Below, piece by piece: positions 14,942-24,139 of a DNA stretch of 32,000 bases. The stretch comes from Candidatus Lokiarchaeum ossiferum (GTDB taxonomy: Archaea > Asgardarchaeota > Lokiarchaeia > Sigyniarchaeales > Promethearchaeaceae): positions 1,680,001 to 1,712,000 of the forward strand of contig CP104013.1 of NCBI GenBank assembly GCA_025839675.1, read 5' to 3'. The notes under the pieces were generated by a model. That model worked only from the letters and a program-made list of their open reading frames with translations. It searched no databases and was not told the DNA's origin. The translations under genes and the position numbers were made by a program. The stretch's first letter is position 1. Every line of letters begins with the position of its first letter.

Positions 14942-17668
14942 TTAGAGGTTTTGAAAGTATTGAATCACCAATTTTTTGTAAACCATGGCAATTTTGGGAA
15001 ATCGATCAAAGATTTGTTTTATTTGCTTTATATTCAAACAATAAATCTTAAACACCAACGCATCAATTTGTGCTAAATCGGCCCAATATTGTTGTTCAAG
15101 TAGATTTTTTTGGCGATAATCGCGACCAAGCTGAACCATCTGATCGGCCCATCTTGCTGATTTATTTTGAAATTGGGTGACTTGAAAAATCAATTCTTCA
15201 TGCAGAGGATTCGAAGACTCGTAAAAGGGAAGAGGAATACTTTTCACAAGATATTGATTGACATTATTATTAGTACTAAAAAGACGGATCCAATACTCGG
15301 CGACGAGAGAACCAAGCAAGCCTAATAAATAGAACATTTCGGATCGAGATATGATTTTTTTTTCTTCAGAATGACCATTGCGCAGAATTCGATATGGAGT
15401 TATATAATTCAGAGAATTCACCGTGGCTATCCCAGAAGGGATGATAGCAAAAAACAATCGCCTTCGCAATTGAATATTTGAGACATTCCGCCAAACTATC
15501 CGTTCATATTGAAAAATAGGCTTATATTCTTTATAATCAATTTTAGGAGCAATAAAATATTTCACAGCACTTATAGAATAGCCATAATGTACAAGATATT
15601 TTCCTTCCAAAACAGGAATAAGAGAAGGTTCCTGTTGGATGACTCCATTTTTTTCATCATCGGTTCGATTGAGTTCCCTTTTGGTATCGAACCCCCATCC
15701 CTTAGCAAGAGTGGGATATTGGTGAAGAAGCATAATGAGATCTTTCTCATCATGATGAGTTATGAGAGGAATGGCGAATGAATTTTCAAGAAACTTCTGG
15801 GTATTGTGAAAATTGGGAGATATTTGTTGCAGAAACTTGAGGGAAAGTGATACATGATCATCATTATGAAGATTCCTTGCATTGAAAAATGCAAATTTGA
15901 GATTAGTAGTGGGACCAGAATTGTGGAAAGTGAGGACAATCAAGGGCATTCCAGCAGCAATATTTGGGAAAAAATCTTTTCCTGTATAGCTTAAAGTGAT
16001 ATGTAAGATTTGAGTTCGTTCCACCAATTCAATACGTAACCGATTTGCACGTTCTTCACCCAATAACCCAGCAGGAATAATGATAGAACAATATCCAGAG
16101 GAATTACCTAAAGAGAGGATCCGTTCCAGAAACAGTTTGTAGAGATTTAGTTTGTTCTCCCCTTGAAGATGAAAAAAATGTTTCCAATAATCATTCTTTG
16201 ATTTGATGAGCTGGATATATTGAAAATAATTTTTCGAGATAAGTTCATTATTTAATAATTGAAGCTTCTTTTTCTTTTTTTGAACTACCGCTAAATCAGC
16301 AAAATTAGGATAATATGAATTAAAAAACTCATTGTCATTGATTTGATTCATTTCCCATGGTGGATTATTTAGAATGATATCAAATCCATTATGTTTTTCA
16401 GTAATATCAAATAGGGTTCGGCTAAAAATTTCAGGAAACTCTAATATCCATGAAAACGAATTTTGCATATAAATATCATGATAGGGAGTTGGCATTTCTG
16501 CATAATATTGAGCCAAGATTTGCTCTTTGAGGAGAGAAAGTTGCTTTAATGCAGACATGATTTGTTTTGAGTTGGTACTTAACCGAGATTTCTCCCGTAG
16601 AATAACTAACTGTTCTATATCAAATTTGAATGGTTGGATAGAAGAAATGAAAGCAGGAGAAATTGTGGGAGAAATTACCGCATCTCCATAACGGAAATTT
16701 AAATTTAAAGGAGTAAAATCCCGTAATAAATCAGGATAAAATTGTTTGGAAGAGAGAACAAGAATTTTTGAGGCAAGCTGTTGAGCAAACCCATCTAAAT
16801 CAACCCCATAAAGCATGTGAGTAAGAATATGCCGTTCCCACTTTTTATAACTTAGTTGCGTATCAAAAAACATCGTTAAAGAAGAATTATCAGATAAATT
16901 GCTAGTAAGATTCAAATTTTTATCAAGAAGTGTACAAAACTCATGTCTACGATTGCAAAGATAGGTAAAACTCGCCCGTAAAAAAGCACCTGTACCCATA
17001 GAAGGATCACAGATTGTGATTGAAGAAACATCATCCAACAATGAAGATATTGCATTTATTGGAGGTGAATTGGATACAAGAGGGGAAATTCCTTTAGTTT
17101 TTGATAAAATATTAGAAAGACGTCGCAATTTATCATCCAAAAATGTTCCTAAAGTTTCATTAACCATTTTTTCACAGAGGGAATCAGCTGTATAAAAAAT
17201 ACCTTTTTCTTTATGTTTGCGATTAGTTTTGTGAGGATTCACTGTGAAGTTTTGCTCACTAAAATTCCATTTTAAACGAAATTGATATTTAAGTTGATAA
17301 TGATAATAATTTTGAATCAATTGCAGATTTAGTCCTTCAATTTCCCGCGCATCACCTAAAAATGAAACATAATTTTCAGAATTTTCGAGGAGAACCATTA
17401 TAAAAGATACTAAAGGATCAGTAGTCCCTATTTTTAACGGATCTGCCAACTGAAATTTTGACAAGCTAAATGCTTTGAGGGCATTTTCAAATAACCCAAG
17501 ATTTGCTGCCTGTAAGATTTTACTTTCGAGATGGGATAGGGAATATTCATCAGTAAAATCAAATTCAAACTTCAATTCTTCAGGGAAACAAAAATTTTTT
17601 GCATTTAGGAGGGAAAGAATCTCACCGATTATATGTTCCTTCAAAAGATTAAGGCTATCAAAATTCAC
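14942..17668 (-). CDS. Eco57I-family gamma-class N6-adenine DNA methyltransferase with a TaqI-like C-terminal specificity region, and a possible single-chain type IIG R-M enzyme
   Basis: Motif X is KGIFYT (aa 155-160). Motif I is ICDPSMGTGAFL (aa 219-230). LYGVDLD lies at aa 286-292. Motif IV is FDIILNNPPW (aa 429-438), with NPPW encoded at 16355-16366. About 470 aa follow as a putative target-recognition region. The N-terminal 155 aa contain FDFTDEYSLSHLESK, a possible D-x10-E-x-K pattern. Confidence 0.85.
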   Translation of the reverse strand: MNFDSLNLLKEHIIGEILSLLNAKNFCFPEELKFEFDFTDEYSLSHLESKILQAANLGLFENALKAFSLSKFQLADPLKIGTTDPLVSFIMVLLENSENYVSFLGDAREIEGLNLQLIQNYYHYQLKYQFRLKWNFSEQNFTVNPHKTNRKHKEKGIFYTADSLCEKMVNETLGTFLDDKLRRLSNILSKTKGISPLVSNSPPINAISSLLDDVSSITICDPSMGTGAFLRASFTYLCNRRHEFCTLLDKNLNLTSNLSDNSSLTMFFDTQLSYKKWERHILTHMLYGVDLDGFAQQLASKILVLSSKQFYPDLLRDFTPLNLNFRYGDAVISPTISPAFISSIQPFKFDIEQLVILREKSRLSTNSKQIMSALKQLSLLKEQILAQYYAEMPTPYHDIYMQNSFSWILEFPEIFSRTLFDITEKHNGFDIILNNPPWEMNQINDNEFFNSYYPNFADLAVVQKKKKKLQLLNNELISKNYFQYIQLIKSKNDYWKHFFHLQGENKLNLYKLFLERILSLGNSSGYCSIIIPAGLLGEERANRLRIELVERTQILHITLSYTGKDFFPNIAAGMPLIVLTFHNSGPTTNLKFAFFNARNLHNDDHVSLSLKFLQQISPNFHNTQKFLENSFAIPLITHHDEKDLIMLLHQYPTLAKGWGFDTKRELNRTDDEKNGVIQQEPSLIPVLEGKYLVHYGYSISAVKYFIAPKIDYKEYKPIFQYERIVWRNVSNIQLRRRLFFAIIPSGIATVNSLNYITPYRILRNGHSEEKKIISRSEMFYLLGLLGSLVAEYWIRLFSTNNNVNQYLVKSIPLPFYESSNPLHEELIFQVTQFQNKSARWADQMVQLGRDYRQKNLLEQQYWADLAQIDALVFKIYCLNIKQIKQIFDRFPKIAMVYKKLVIQYFQNL

Positions 17669-17774
17669 TAGTTTTAAATGACATTTTTCGCTTGAAAAGA
17701 TTTATGATTTTTGATTAAATGAAGGACAAAATGGTAAACAAGAAAAAGAAAATTGAAATTGAAAAAAAAGAAAA

Positions 17775-18386
17775 TTAGAGAAAAGACATTTCTTCTTCTT
17801 CTTCAAAAGTTGGTTCCTCACCAGGTTCTCGAGCAACATCGTATTCGCGGACTGCATAATATAATTTTTCACATGCTTCCCGAACAATTTCTTTGGTTTT
17901 TCCTCCAGTACACACAATTCGTCCTGTGGAAAAGATAAGAAACACTGTTTTTGGTTGTTGCATCCGATAAATTAAGCCCGGAAAAACTTCTGGTTCATAC
18001 ATGCTGTATTCCATAACTACGGCAGCCATGTTTAAATCAATAGAACATTTAAGATCTCCACTAGCTACGATGTTTTGAATAATAATTTCAGGATTGGAAA
18101 TATTGATTTTGCATTTAGAAATTCTCTTAATTACATCATTTACAACGGTTTCTGCTTCATCGGCTCGTCTCATACCAGTAACGACCATTTTTCCAGTAGA
18201 AAAGACCAAAATGGTTGCTTTAGGTTCCATGATTCGCATGACTAACCCAGGGAATCGTTCTGGATTATATTCGACATCAGAGTACTTTCGGGCAATAATA
18301 TTTAAGTCCATTTTTTCGTCAATATCAACAGTTACAGTTGCAACAACGTTTTCTATCTTATATGTAAATTTTTCTTCTTCTGACAT
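17775..18386 (-). CDS. tbp: TATA-box-binding protein (TBP)
   Basis: Two internal direct repeats are visible. They are ENVVATV...DVEYNPERFPGLVMRI..PKATILVFSTGKMVVTG and QNIVASG...YSMYEPEVFPGLIYRM..PKTVFLIFSTGRIVCTG. An acidic C-terminal tail (EEPTFEEEEEMSFL) is typical of archaeal TBPs. I prefer the ATG at 18386 (MSEEEKF) to the GTG at 18398. Confidence 0.95.
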   Translation of the reverse strand: MSEEEKFTYKIENVVATVTVDIDEKMDLNIIARKYSDVEYNPERFPGLVMRIMEPKATILVFSTGKMVVTGMRRADEAETVVNDVIKRISKCKINISNPEIIIQNIVASGDLKCSIDLNMAAVVMEYSMYEPEVFPGLIYRMQQPKTVFLIFSTGRIVCTGGKTKEIVREACEKLYYAVREYDVAREPGEEPTFEEEEEMSFL

Positions 18387-18536
18387 TATAAAAATCACTT
18401 TTTCGCTTTTTTTTATTTAAATACTATTCTTTAAAAGTGGTGAGTTATTTATAAATCCTTTTATAGAGACGGGCACCACAACACGATTGTTATAAAAAAA
18501 AATATAAGGGGTGAATATCATACGATCGTTTTACAA

Positions 18537-19271
18537 TCAAACATGGATTAACCAGCTTTCAATGAAGCTCCACAAAAAATTTTCAAGGATTATCAAACAA
18601 ACTGAAATCAATGAGCCCAGATTTCCCAGTAAAATACCGTATTGATGAAATTTTTGATTATTCGGTCCATGATCTTCTCGATTAAAAATACTTTTGTAGA
18701 GAAAAACACATTGCGTAATCCAGACTCCAAGGGATAGAAAAGCAACCACTATAACATTAATATAAAGCATAAATGGAGTGTTTATGGATGAAATCATGCG
18801 GACTAGAAAAGGGAACCACAAAACAACACTCGAAACTACAAAATAAATTCCCAAGGGTGAAATACTTGCAACAATTGCCCACAACACCATAACATAAGAA
18901 TATTTCACAACTAAATTCGCCCGAATATTAGCATCTAAGACAGTTCCCGATCCATTATCTAAAAAATAAGTAATAAAATAGCCCAAAGACACCAAACCGA
19001 TGGAAAAAATAAGGAGACCCTGATTTCCTCGATTAAAATGCCAAATAGGGTGAGCTTCGTGCTCATTGAAACGAGTTAAGCCACAAATAAAGAAATGAAA
19101 GAGGAGAAAACTTAGCATAAGAAGAGGAGTCAAGCGATTCAAAGAAGACAGAAAAAAAACACCGGCAGCAAGCATAAATAATATTCCGTAATTGCCCCAT
19201 TCTGGAAGAATTTTCCTAAAAAGGGCTTTTTTTTGATTCGAATTGAAATAATTTTCAAACTGATCTTCCAT
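18537..19271 (-). CDS. Polytopic membrane protein, function unknown
   Basis: A 244-aa ORF with at least 6 hydrophobic helices (YGILFMLAAGVFFLSSL, LLMLSFLLFHFFICGL, LLIFSIGLVSLGYFITYF, VMVLWAIVASISPLGIYFVVSSVVLWFPFLV, INVIVVAFLSLGVWITQCVFL, LLGNLGSLISVCLIILENF). Confidence 0.55.
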   Translation of the reverse strand: MEDQFENYFNSNQKKALFRKILPEWGNYGILFMLAAGVFFLSSLNRLTPLLMLSFLLFHFFICGLTRFNEHEAHPIWHFNRGNQGLLIFSIGLVSLGYFITYFLDNGSGTVLDANIRANLVVKYSYVMVLWAIVASISPLGIYFVVSSVVLWFPFLVRMISSINTPFMLYINVIVVAFLSLGVWITQCVFLYKSIFNREDHGPNNQKFHQYGILLGNLGSLISVCLIILENFLWSFIESWLIHV

Positions 19272-19358
19272 TGGATTATTTAATTGCAGATATCAAATAA
19301 ATAAATTTACCCCGAATCCAAATTTTAATTTAGCATTAAAACAAAGTAAGGTATATCA

Positions 19359-19952
19359 ATGGGAATCCGAAGAAATCTTACCCGAAAAAGTTATCGGAAG
19401 AAACACGCCATTTTAGGGGAGAATATCATCTTAAAAAAAACGGGGATCGAACATACACGGGGATTATATGAACAAGTAGTTTCACCAGGAGTAATGGATA
19501 ATCTAACTATCAATATAGATGACATCGAAGAATTTCGCCGATACATTATTTTCATAACAAATCAATGGAAAATGAATCAAGATTTTACGTATACAATTAT
19601 AGAAAACAAAACTCAAATGATTGTAGGACAAATAAGCATCTATAATATATCATTTTCCCACAAACGGGGAGAAATTGGGATTTGGATAGGAAATTCTTAT
19701 TGGAAACGTGGATATGGAAGCGAAGCACTTCATCTAATCACTGATCACGCGTTTGGAGATTTGTTCATTAATCGATTACAATGTCATATTTTTACTACTA
19801 ATCAACGATCTATAGCCCTTTTTGAAAAAATGGATTTCCAACGTGAAGGGTTAAATCGACAATTTGTTCTAAAGGAAGAAAAGTTTCGAGATGTCTTTTG
19901 TTACAGCTTGTTGGCGGAACAGTGGGAGAAGAAGAAAAAAAAATCTAGCTAA
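19359..19952 (+). CDS. GNAT-family N-acetyltransferase (RimJ/RimL-like)
   Basis: GEIGIWIGNSYWKRGYGSEALHLITDHAF matches the acetyl-CoA-binding motif A (R/Q-x-x-G-x-G/A). The downstream stretch NQRSIALFEKMDFQREG is typical of the Acetyltransf_3-like group. Confidence 0.8.
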   Translation: MGIRRNLTRKSYRKKHAILGENIILKKTGIEHTRGLYEQVVSPGVMDNLTINIDDIEEFRRYIIFITNQWKMNQDFTYTIIENKTQMIVGQISIYNISFSHKRGEIGIWIGNSYWKRGYGSEALHLITDHAFGDLFINRLQCHIFTTNQRSIALFEKMDFQREGLNRQFVLKEEKFRDVFCYSLLAEQWEKKKKKSS

Positions 19953-19990
19953 ACACAAAATTTTTTGATTCCCATTCATTAAATAAGGTA

Positions 19991-20668
19991 ATGAAATTTG
20001 CCAAAGAAATGTGGTTTTGGATAACCCCGTGCATTATTGCAGATATAGCATGGCATATTTATTCTCTTCCAACAAAATATAATCCTTGGGCATATTTTTT
20101 TGTGATTACCTTTCCAACAGTTTCTGGAATACTATTATTGGCTTCTTTTTTCCGTGATCCAGAAAGAACCCCCCATCCAAACCATGTTCCAGGAAAAACC
20201 ATTTTATGTCCTGCAGATGGGAATTTAATTGCTATAGAAGAAGAAGCAGGAGATACAGCGATTTATGTTGAAATGCATTATAATAATGTGCATGTAACTC
20301 GAGCCCATCTTTCGGGGATGGTTACAAAAGTGATTCGCAAAGGAGGACGTCATCATTGGGTATATTTTTTTAAAAAGACAGTTGGATCTGAATCCCAAGC
20401 AATTCGAAAAAATGCTCGAGCAATTATCCAGATGCGTGATCTGGAGGGAAATTATTTTGAATACTACTTAATATGTGGTGCTTTTTTTCGACGGGCCAAA
20501 CCCTTTGTTAAGCCCGGCGATCAGATAACAGAAGGACAACGAATAGGAGTTATTGCCTTCGGTAGTACTGTAAGAATCACTTTACCAGGTACCCACTATG
20601 AAATAATGTCCCAAATAGGGGATAAAGTAAAAGCGGGCCATACTATTATTTGCAAACGAATACTTTAA
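19991..20668 (+). CDS. psd: Short-type phosphatidylserine/archaetidylserine decarboxylase proenzyme
   Basis: Two N-terminal TM helices are followed by FFRDPERTP. The C-terminal IAFGSTVRITLP contains the G-S-T self-cleavage/pyruvoyl-forming motif. The size of 225 aa fits the short (Asd) class. Confidence 0.8.
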   Translation: MKFAKEMWFWITPCIIADIAWHIYSLPTKYNPWAYFFVITFPTVSGILLLASFFRDPERTPHPNHVPGKTILCPADGNLIAIEEEAGDTAIYVEMHYNNVHVTRAHLSGMVTKVIRKGGRHHWVYFFKKTVGSESQAIRKNARAIIQMRDLEGNYFEYYLICGAFFRRAKPFVKPGDQITEGQRIGVIAFGSTVRITLPGTHYEIMSQIGDKVKAGHTIICKRIL

Positions 20669-20678
20669 GAGGATAAAA

Positions 20679-21632
20679 ATGAGTTTATCGGAAAACGAAG
20701 AAATTAGGGACTATTTTAATGGATGGCTTGATGCCATGATGGCAGTATATGGAGAAGTTTTGGAAGAATGGGAAGAAAATAACTATGTGCAACCATTTCC
20801 GGATGCTCAGGTGACCTTTAAATGTAATGATTGCGGAAAATGTTGCAATTTTGAACAACATGATGTATGGGTGTACCCCTCCGATATGGTAAAATGGTTA
20901 AATGAATATGAAACAGAAAAATGGATACCTTTATATTTATGTGCCTTATTACCAGTTCAAGATCTGGATGGAATAACAGGGTTAGGATTACCCTCCCAAA
21001 AAAATTTAACGAACCAATATCGAGAAATAATGAAAAAGATTAAGGATAAAACAATCGTTCAGACTTTACAAGCAATCCTAGATCAATTGAAAGTTCTTAA
21101 TCCATCTTTCGATGAAAAATCGGATTTTTGTGTCTATTATAATACCAATCCAAAACAAGGAACTGGACATTGTTCAATTTACAAACAGCGCCCAATTCAA
21201 TGCCGTTCTTACCCTTATGATTTTCCACAATTCACAAAATTTGTTATCCCTGGACAAACGGAAGAAATAGATCTAGAAGATTTACCTCGCTGCCCTCCTA
21301 AGACATACACACACGGAGATCCAAAACAAGGTGTACTCACCAATGCAGACCAAAGAGAAAATGTCACATTTGAAAAAGCTAATTACCGTACTTCGAGTAT
21401 CATTCACGATTGGGCGGAAGAATCACTAGATTGGAAAGGGCTTGTTGAAGAAGACATTGGCGATATCATTTTGGAGATTTTTCATAAAGGCATTTTAAAC
21501 TTATGGCGAAAATCCAAAGTGTTTCCGAAGCCAGGAGGATCTAACAAAGGAGCGGGTAAACGATATGTTGCTGGAAAACGACCACAAAAAAGTACTTCCT
21601 TTAAAGGAAAGAAGAAATATTCCAAAAATTAG
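20679..21632 (+). CDS. YkgJ/UPF0153-type CxxCxxCC cysteine-cluster protein with a basic C-terminal tail
   Basis: CNDCGKCCNF is followed later by CSIYKQRPIQCRSYPYDF, the family signature. The lysine-rich tail reads GKRPQKSTSFKGKKKYSKN. It is a paralogue of the 1145-1879 product. Confidence 0.7.
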   Translation: MSLSENEEIRDYFNGWLDAMMAVYGEVLEEWEENNYVQPFPDAQVTFKCNDCGKCCNFEQHDVWVYPSDMVKWLNEYETEKWIPLYLCALLPVQDLDGITGLGLPSQKNLTNQYREIMKKIKDKTIVQTLQAILDQLKVLNPSFDEKSDFCVYYNTNPKQGTGHCSIYKQRPIQCRSYPYDFPQFTKFVIPGQTEEIDLEDLPRCPPKTYTHGDPKQGVLTNADQRENVTFEKANYRTSSIIHDWAEESLDWKGLVEEDIGDIILEIFHKGILNLWRKSKVFPKPGGSNKGAGKRYVAGKRPQKSTSFKGKKKYSKN

Positions 21633-21651
21633 ACTCAAATAAATCAGACGC

Positions 21652-21659
21652 TTTTTTTT
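21652..21659 (+). terminator. Candidate oligo-T (T8) terminator after the GNAT-psd-ykgJ-like gene string
   Basis: A T8 run lies 20 nt after the stop at 21632. A gap of about 85 nt separates it from the next gene. Confidence 0.3.
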
Positions 21660-21742
21660 AATCCCTCATCCTTTTTGTTTGTCAAAATTATTTTTAAACA
21701 ATAACTACAAATACAAAAATAATTTTTTTTACTTGAAATATT

Positions 21743-22276
21743 ATGGAAATTGATTTTTTAAAACAGGATATGGTTGAGATAACTTTATCTTTCTTTGATT
21801 TGATAATTGGGCCTCGTGTTATAACTGGTCTTCCTTGGTACAATGAAGGTCGATTGAATCAATTTATCTCCGAATACTTCGATTTCCATAAACCAGGAGA
21901 CTTTTTTTGTCATATTTTTGCGAATTCACTTTCTTTCAATCGATTATTTCAGATAAATAACCCAGACAACGTTCGAGGAGGAAAGCGATTATTTATGCTG
22001 ACCACTTCAATTCCTTTTACATTACTAAAGCGCAAAGATCTTCTCCAATATTTTCCCTCCATTGAGCAACTTTTTATTGATTGGGAAAAAGACTTGGCTC
22101 ATTTATCTCATTTAAATCAAATAATTCAAGATGGAAAACGGGAGAACGAAAATAGTTTGCATCCAATTTTATATAAACTGAGCCAATATTTGGGAGAATT
22201 ACAATTTATAATTCATGTCACCCCAGATACAATTACTATTCCCATGAATTCAATGTCAATTAAGGATTTAGAATAA
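21743..22276 (+). CDS. Hypothetical 177-aa protein with a possible longin-like (folliculin/DENN-type) N-terminal domain
   Basis: Clean ATG ORF. ITLSFFDLIIGPRVITGLP (aa 13-31) and FFCHIFANSLSFNRLFQINNPDNVRGGKRLFMLTTSI (aa 54-90) resemble the strand-GP-strand and D-x3-RG-x2-R-aromatic strand pattern of FLCN/uDENN longin modules. The comparison is from memory. Confidence 0.4.
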   Translation: MEIDFLKQDMVEITLSFFDLIIGPRVITGLPWYNEGRLNQFISEYFDFHKPGDFFCHIFANSLSFNRLFQINNPDNVRGGKRLFMLTTSIPFTLLKRKDLLQYFPSIEQLFIDWEKDLAHLSHLNQIIQDGKRENENSLHPILYKLSQYLGELQFIIHVTPDTITIPMNSMSIKDLE

Positions 22277-22969
22277 ATGGCTGAATTCTGGTGCAATTGT
22301 AAAAATCTTTTTCTTTTTTTCAAAATGAGAAGTAATAACTCCTCGTTTTTTTAATATTGATAGATATTTAGACACTGTAGGTTGAGATATTTTTTCTTTA
22401 TGCTTCCATGATTGACCCGTTTGAATTTTTCGGGAGACATAGGCACATTGAATTGCTGGAATGGTTTGATATCCCAAGGCAATAAGACGAGCAAACGATT
22501 TCGCAGCGGGTTCTAAGATAAATAGCGGAATTTTTTGAGGTTTAGTTATCGTTCGATTCCAAACTATGGCTGTTATCCCAGAATTTTTTGAATTCAATAA
22601 CATGTAGTACAAGAAAGGGGAGATTTCAGATGGGCAATCCGATAAATCTATTATCAAAGGATTATTAATCCCATGAAGATCTACTAACATTTGACAAAAT
22701 GTAAGAATTGATCCGTCTTTTACAATATCTTGCTTTATTTTCTGCAAATATACAGAATTTGAGCCATTATCAATTTCAGAATTATGTTGAAATGATTCTG
22801 CAATCTGTGTAAGACTTTTATATCCTCCATGCGATTCAAAAAAAGATAAAATACTATAAGGAATAAGATCTGGACTGTGAAGGAAAAAACAACTCTTGAT
22901 ATCAAAAAATTCATAATCCTTCTGCATATAATCACTTGACTTAGTATAAATATAAAGTAGGTTTGGCAT
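22268..22969 (-). CDS. Putative regulator with an N-terminal alpha/beta domain and a C-terminal winged helix-turn-helix
   Basis: The C-terminus KISQPTVSKYLSILKKRGVITSHFEKKKKIFTIAP is ArsR/MarR-like (recognition helix plus wing). The N-terminal 150 aa alternate hydrophobic strands and helices (PLIIDLSDCPSEISPFLYYMLLNSKNSGITAIVWN). Its 3' end overlaps the convergent gene by 9 nt. Confidence 0.45.
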   Translation of the reverse strand: MPNLLYIYTKSSDYMQKDYEFFDIKSCFFLHSPDLIPYSILSFFESHGGYKSLTQIAESFQHNSEIDNGSNSVYLQKIKQDIVKDGSILTFCQMLVDLHGINNPLIIDLSDCPSEISPFLYYMLLNSKNSGITAIVWNRTITKPQKIPLFILEPAAKSFARLIALGYQTIPAIQCAYVSRKIQTGQSWKHKEKISQPTVSKYLSILKKRGVITSHFEKKKKIFTIAPEFSHLF

Positions 22970-23074
22970 TTGTAATCAATAAACTTTTTTTCAAACAAGT
23001 AGCTCTTTTAGCTATATTGAAAGAAATCATCAAGTTCCTAAATTTATTATGAGATTCTTCATGAAATTTATTTA

Positions 23075-23578
23075 ATGGCTAGTAACTCTTCCGCATCAAA
23101 ACCTTTATTGTCGGTAGTAGATGAAATTCAAAATCAAGTTCTTGCAAATTATGCAGATAAAATTTTTGAAACAGAATTTTGGAAACCATTAATTCCCATC
23201 AAAGCAAAAATGTTTGAAAAACTAAACACTACAGGTTTTCAATTTGAAATTGATGATGATATCATTTTGGACTCTTCAGGGCTACTAAAACGACACTTTT
23301 TTGCAAAAGGAACCATCCATGTGGAGGAAAAAGAGAATATCGTATCAAATGGAAAGATTTGGGATGTAGAGATTTCATTAAATGAACCTTTGGCAATAGT
23401 TAAAGTTCGAATTCGGGCACGTGATATTGTCGAAAAGAAGAAGTTAAAAATCGGAATATTCATCCAAACCATGGATTTTGATAATAATTTGCTTGATGGA
23501 GTTGGAAGAGATGCAATTCTTTTTGCCATCAGATTTTATATTAGAAAAGCCATTCAAATCGCAGCAAAAATTAATTAA
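23075..23578 (+). CDS. Hypothetical soluble protein (167 aa)
   Basis: Clean ATG ORF and the first of five co-directional genes (23075-29364). I recognise no motif and there is no P-loop. Confidence 0.4.
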   Translation: MASNSSASKPLLSVVDEIQNQVLANYADKIFETEFWKPLIPIKAKMFEKLNTTGFQFEIDDDIILDSSGLLKRHFFAKGTIHVEEKENIVSNGKIWDVEISLNEPLAIVKVRIRARDIVEKKKLKIGIFIQTMDFDNNLLDGVGRDAILFAIRFYIRKAIQIAAKIN

Positions 23579-23650
23579 TTGAGATTGATCACGTTTTTAT
23601 CAGCTGTTAGATCCATACTTTTTTTTATTTATTAGACACTTTAGACCCTC

Positions 23651-24139
23651 ATGGTTTTGAAACTTCAATGGAACAGAGGCAAATCTTTTGGATTGGCCTT
23701 AATTTATCTCGGGATTATGGGACTTCTCCAAATCATATTTATTGCAATTGGACAATATGGGATGCACATTGGATCTCGCCCAATTGTTATTCTGATTCCA
23801 ATTGGAATCATTTTAGCGACCTTTTACTCATTAATAGTTTTATTCGAATCCACCACATCGGTGGTAGATTTTCGGAAAATCCATCAAAGTGTATCTAAGA
23901 AAAGCAAGAAAAAAACTACTCAAAAACCAGGTTTTAAGGGATTTATTAACAATATTTACGTAAAGCCCGTTTTAATGATAATTGTGGTCTTTAGTGTCTT
24001 ATTTGGAATTGCCTACTTAATTTCATTTTCATGGACTGAACAAGCATCCACTTTTGCTATTGCAGACAATGTGGCTGGCTTTGGTGTAATTATTTTTGCT
24101 AATTATATGGAAGTATCAACAAAAAGAAAAGCACGATAA
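23651..24139 (+). CDS. Small four-helix membrane protein
   Basis: Hydrophobic helices are FGLALIYLGIMGLLQIIFIAIG, IVILIPIGIILATFYSLIVLF, VLMIIVVFSVLFGIAYLISF and VAGFGVIIFANYM. A basic loop, KKSKKKTTQK, separates them. Confidence 0.55.
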   Translation: MVLKLQWNRGKSFGLALIYLGIMGLLQIIFIAIGQYGMHIGSRPIVILIPIGIILATFYSLIVLFESTTSVVDFRKIHQSVSKKSKKKTTQKPGFKGFINNIYVKPVLMIIVVFSVLFGIAYLISFSWTEQASTFAIADNVAGFGVIIFANYMEVSTKRKAR

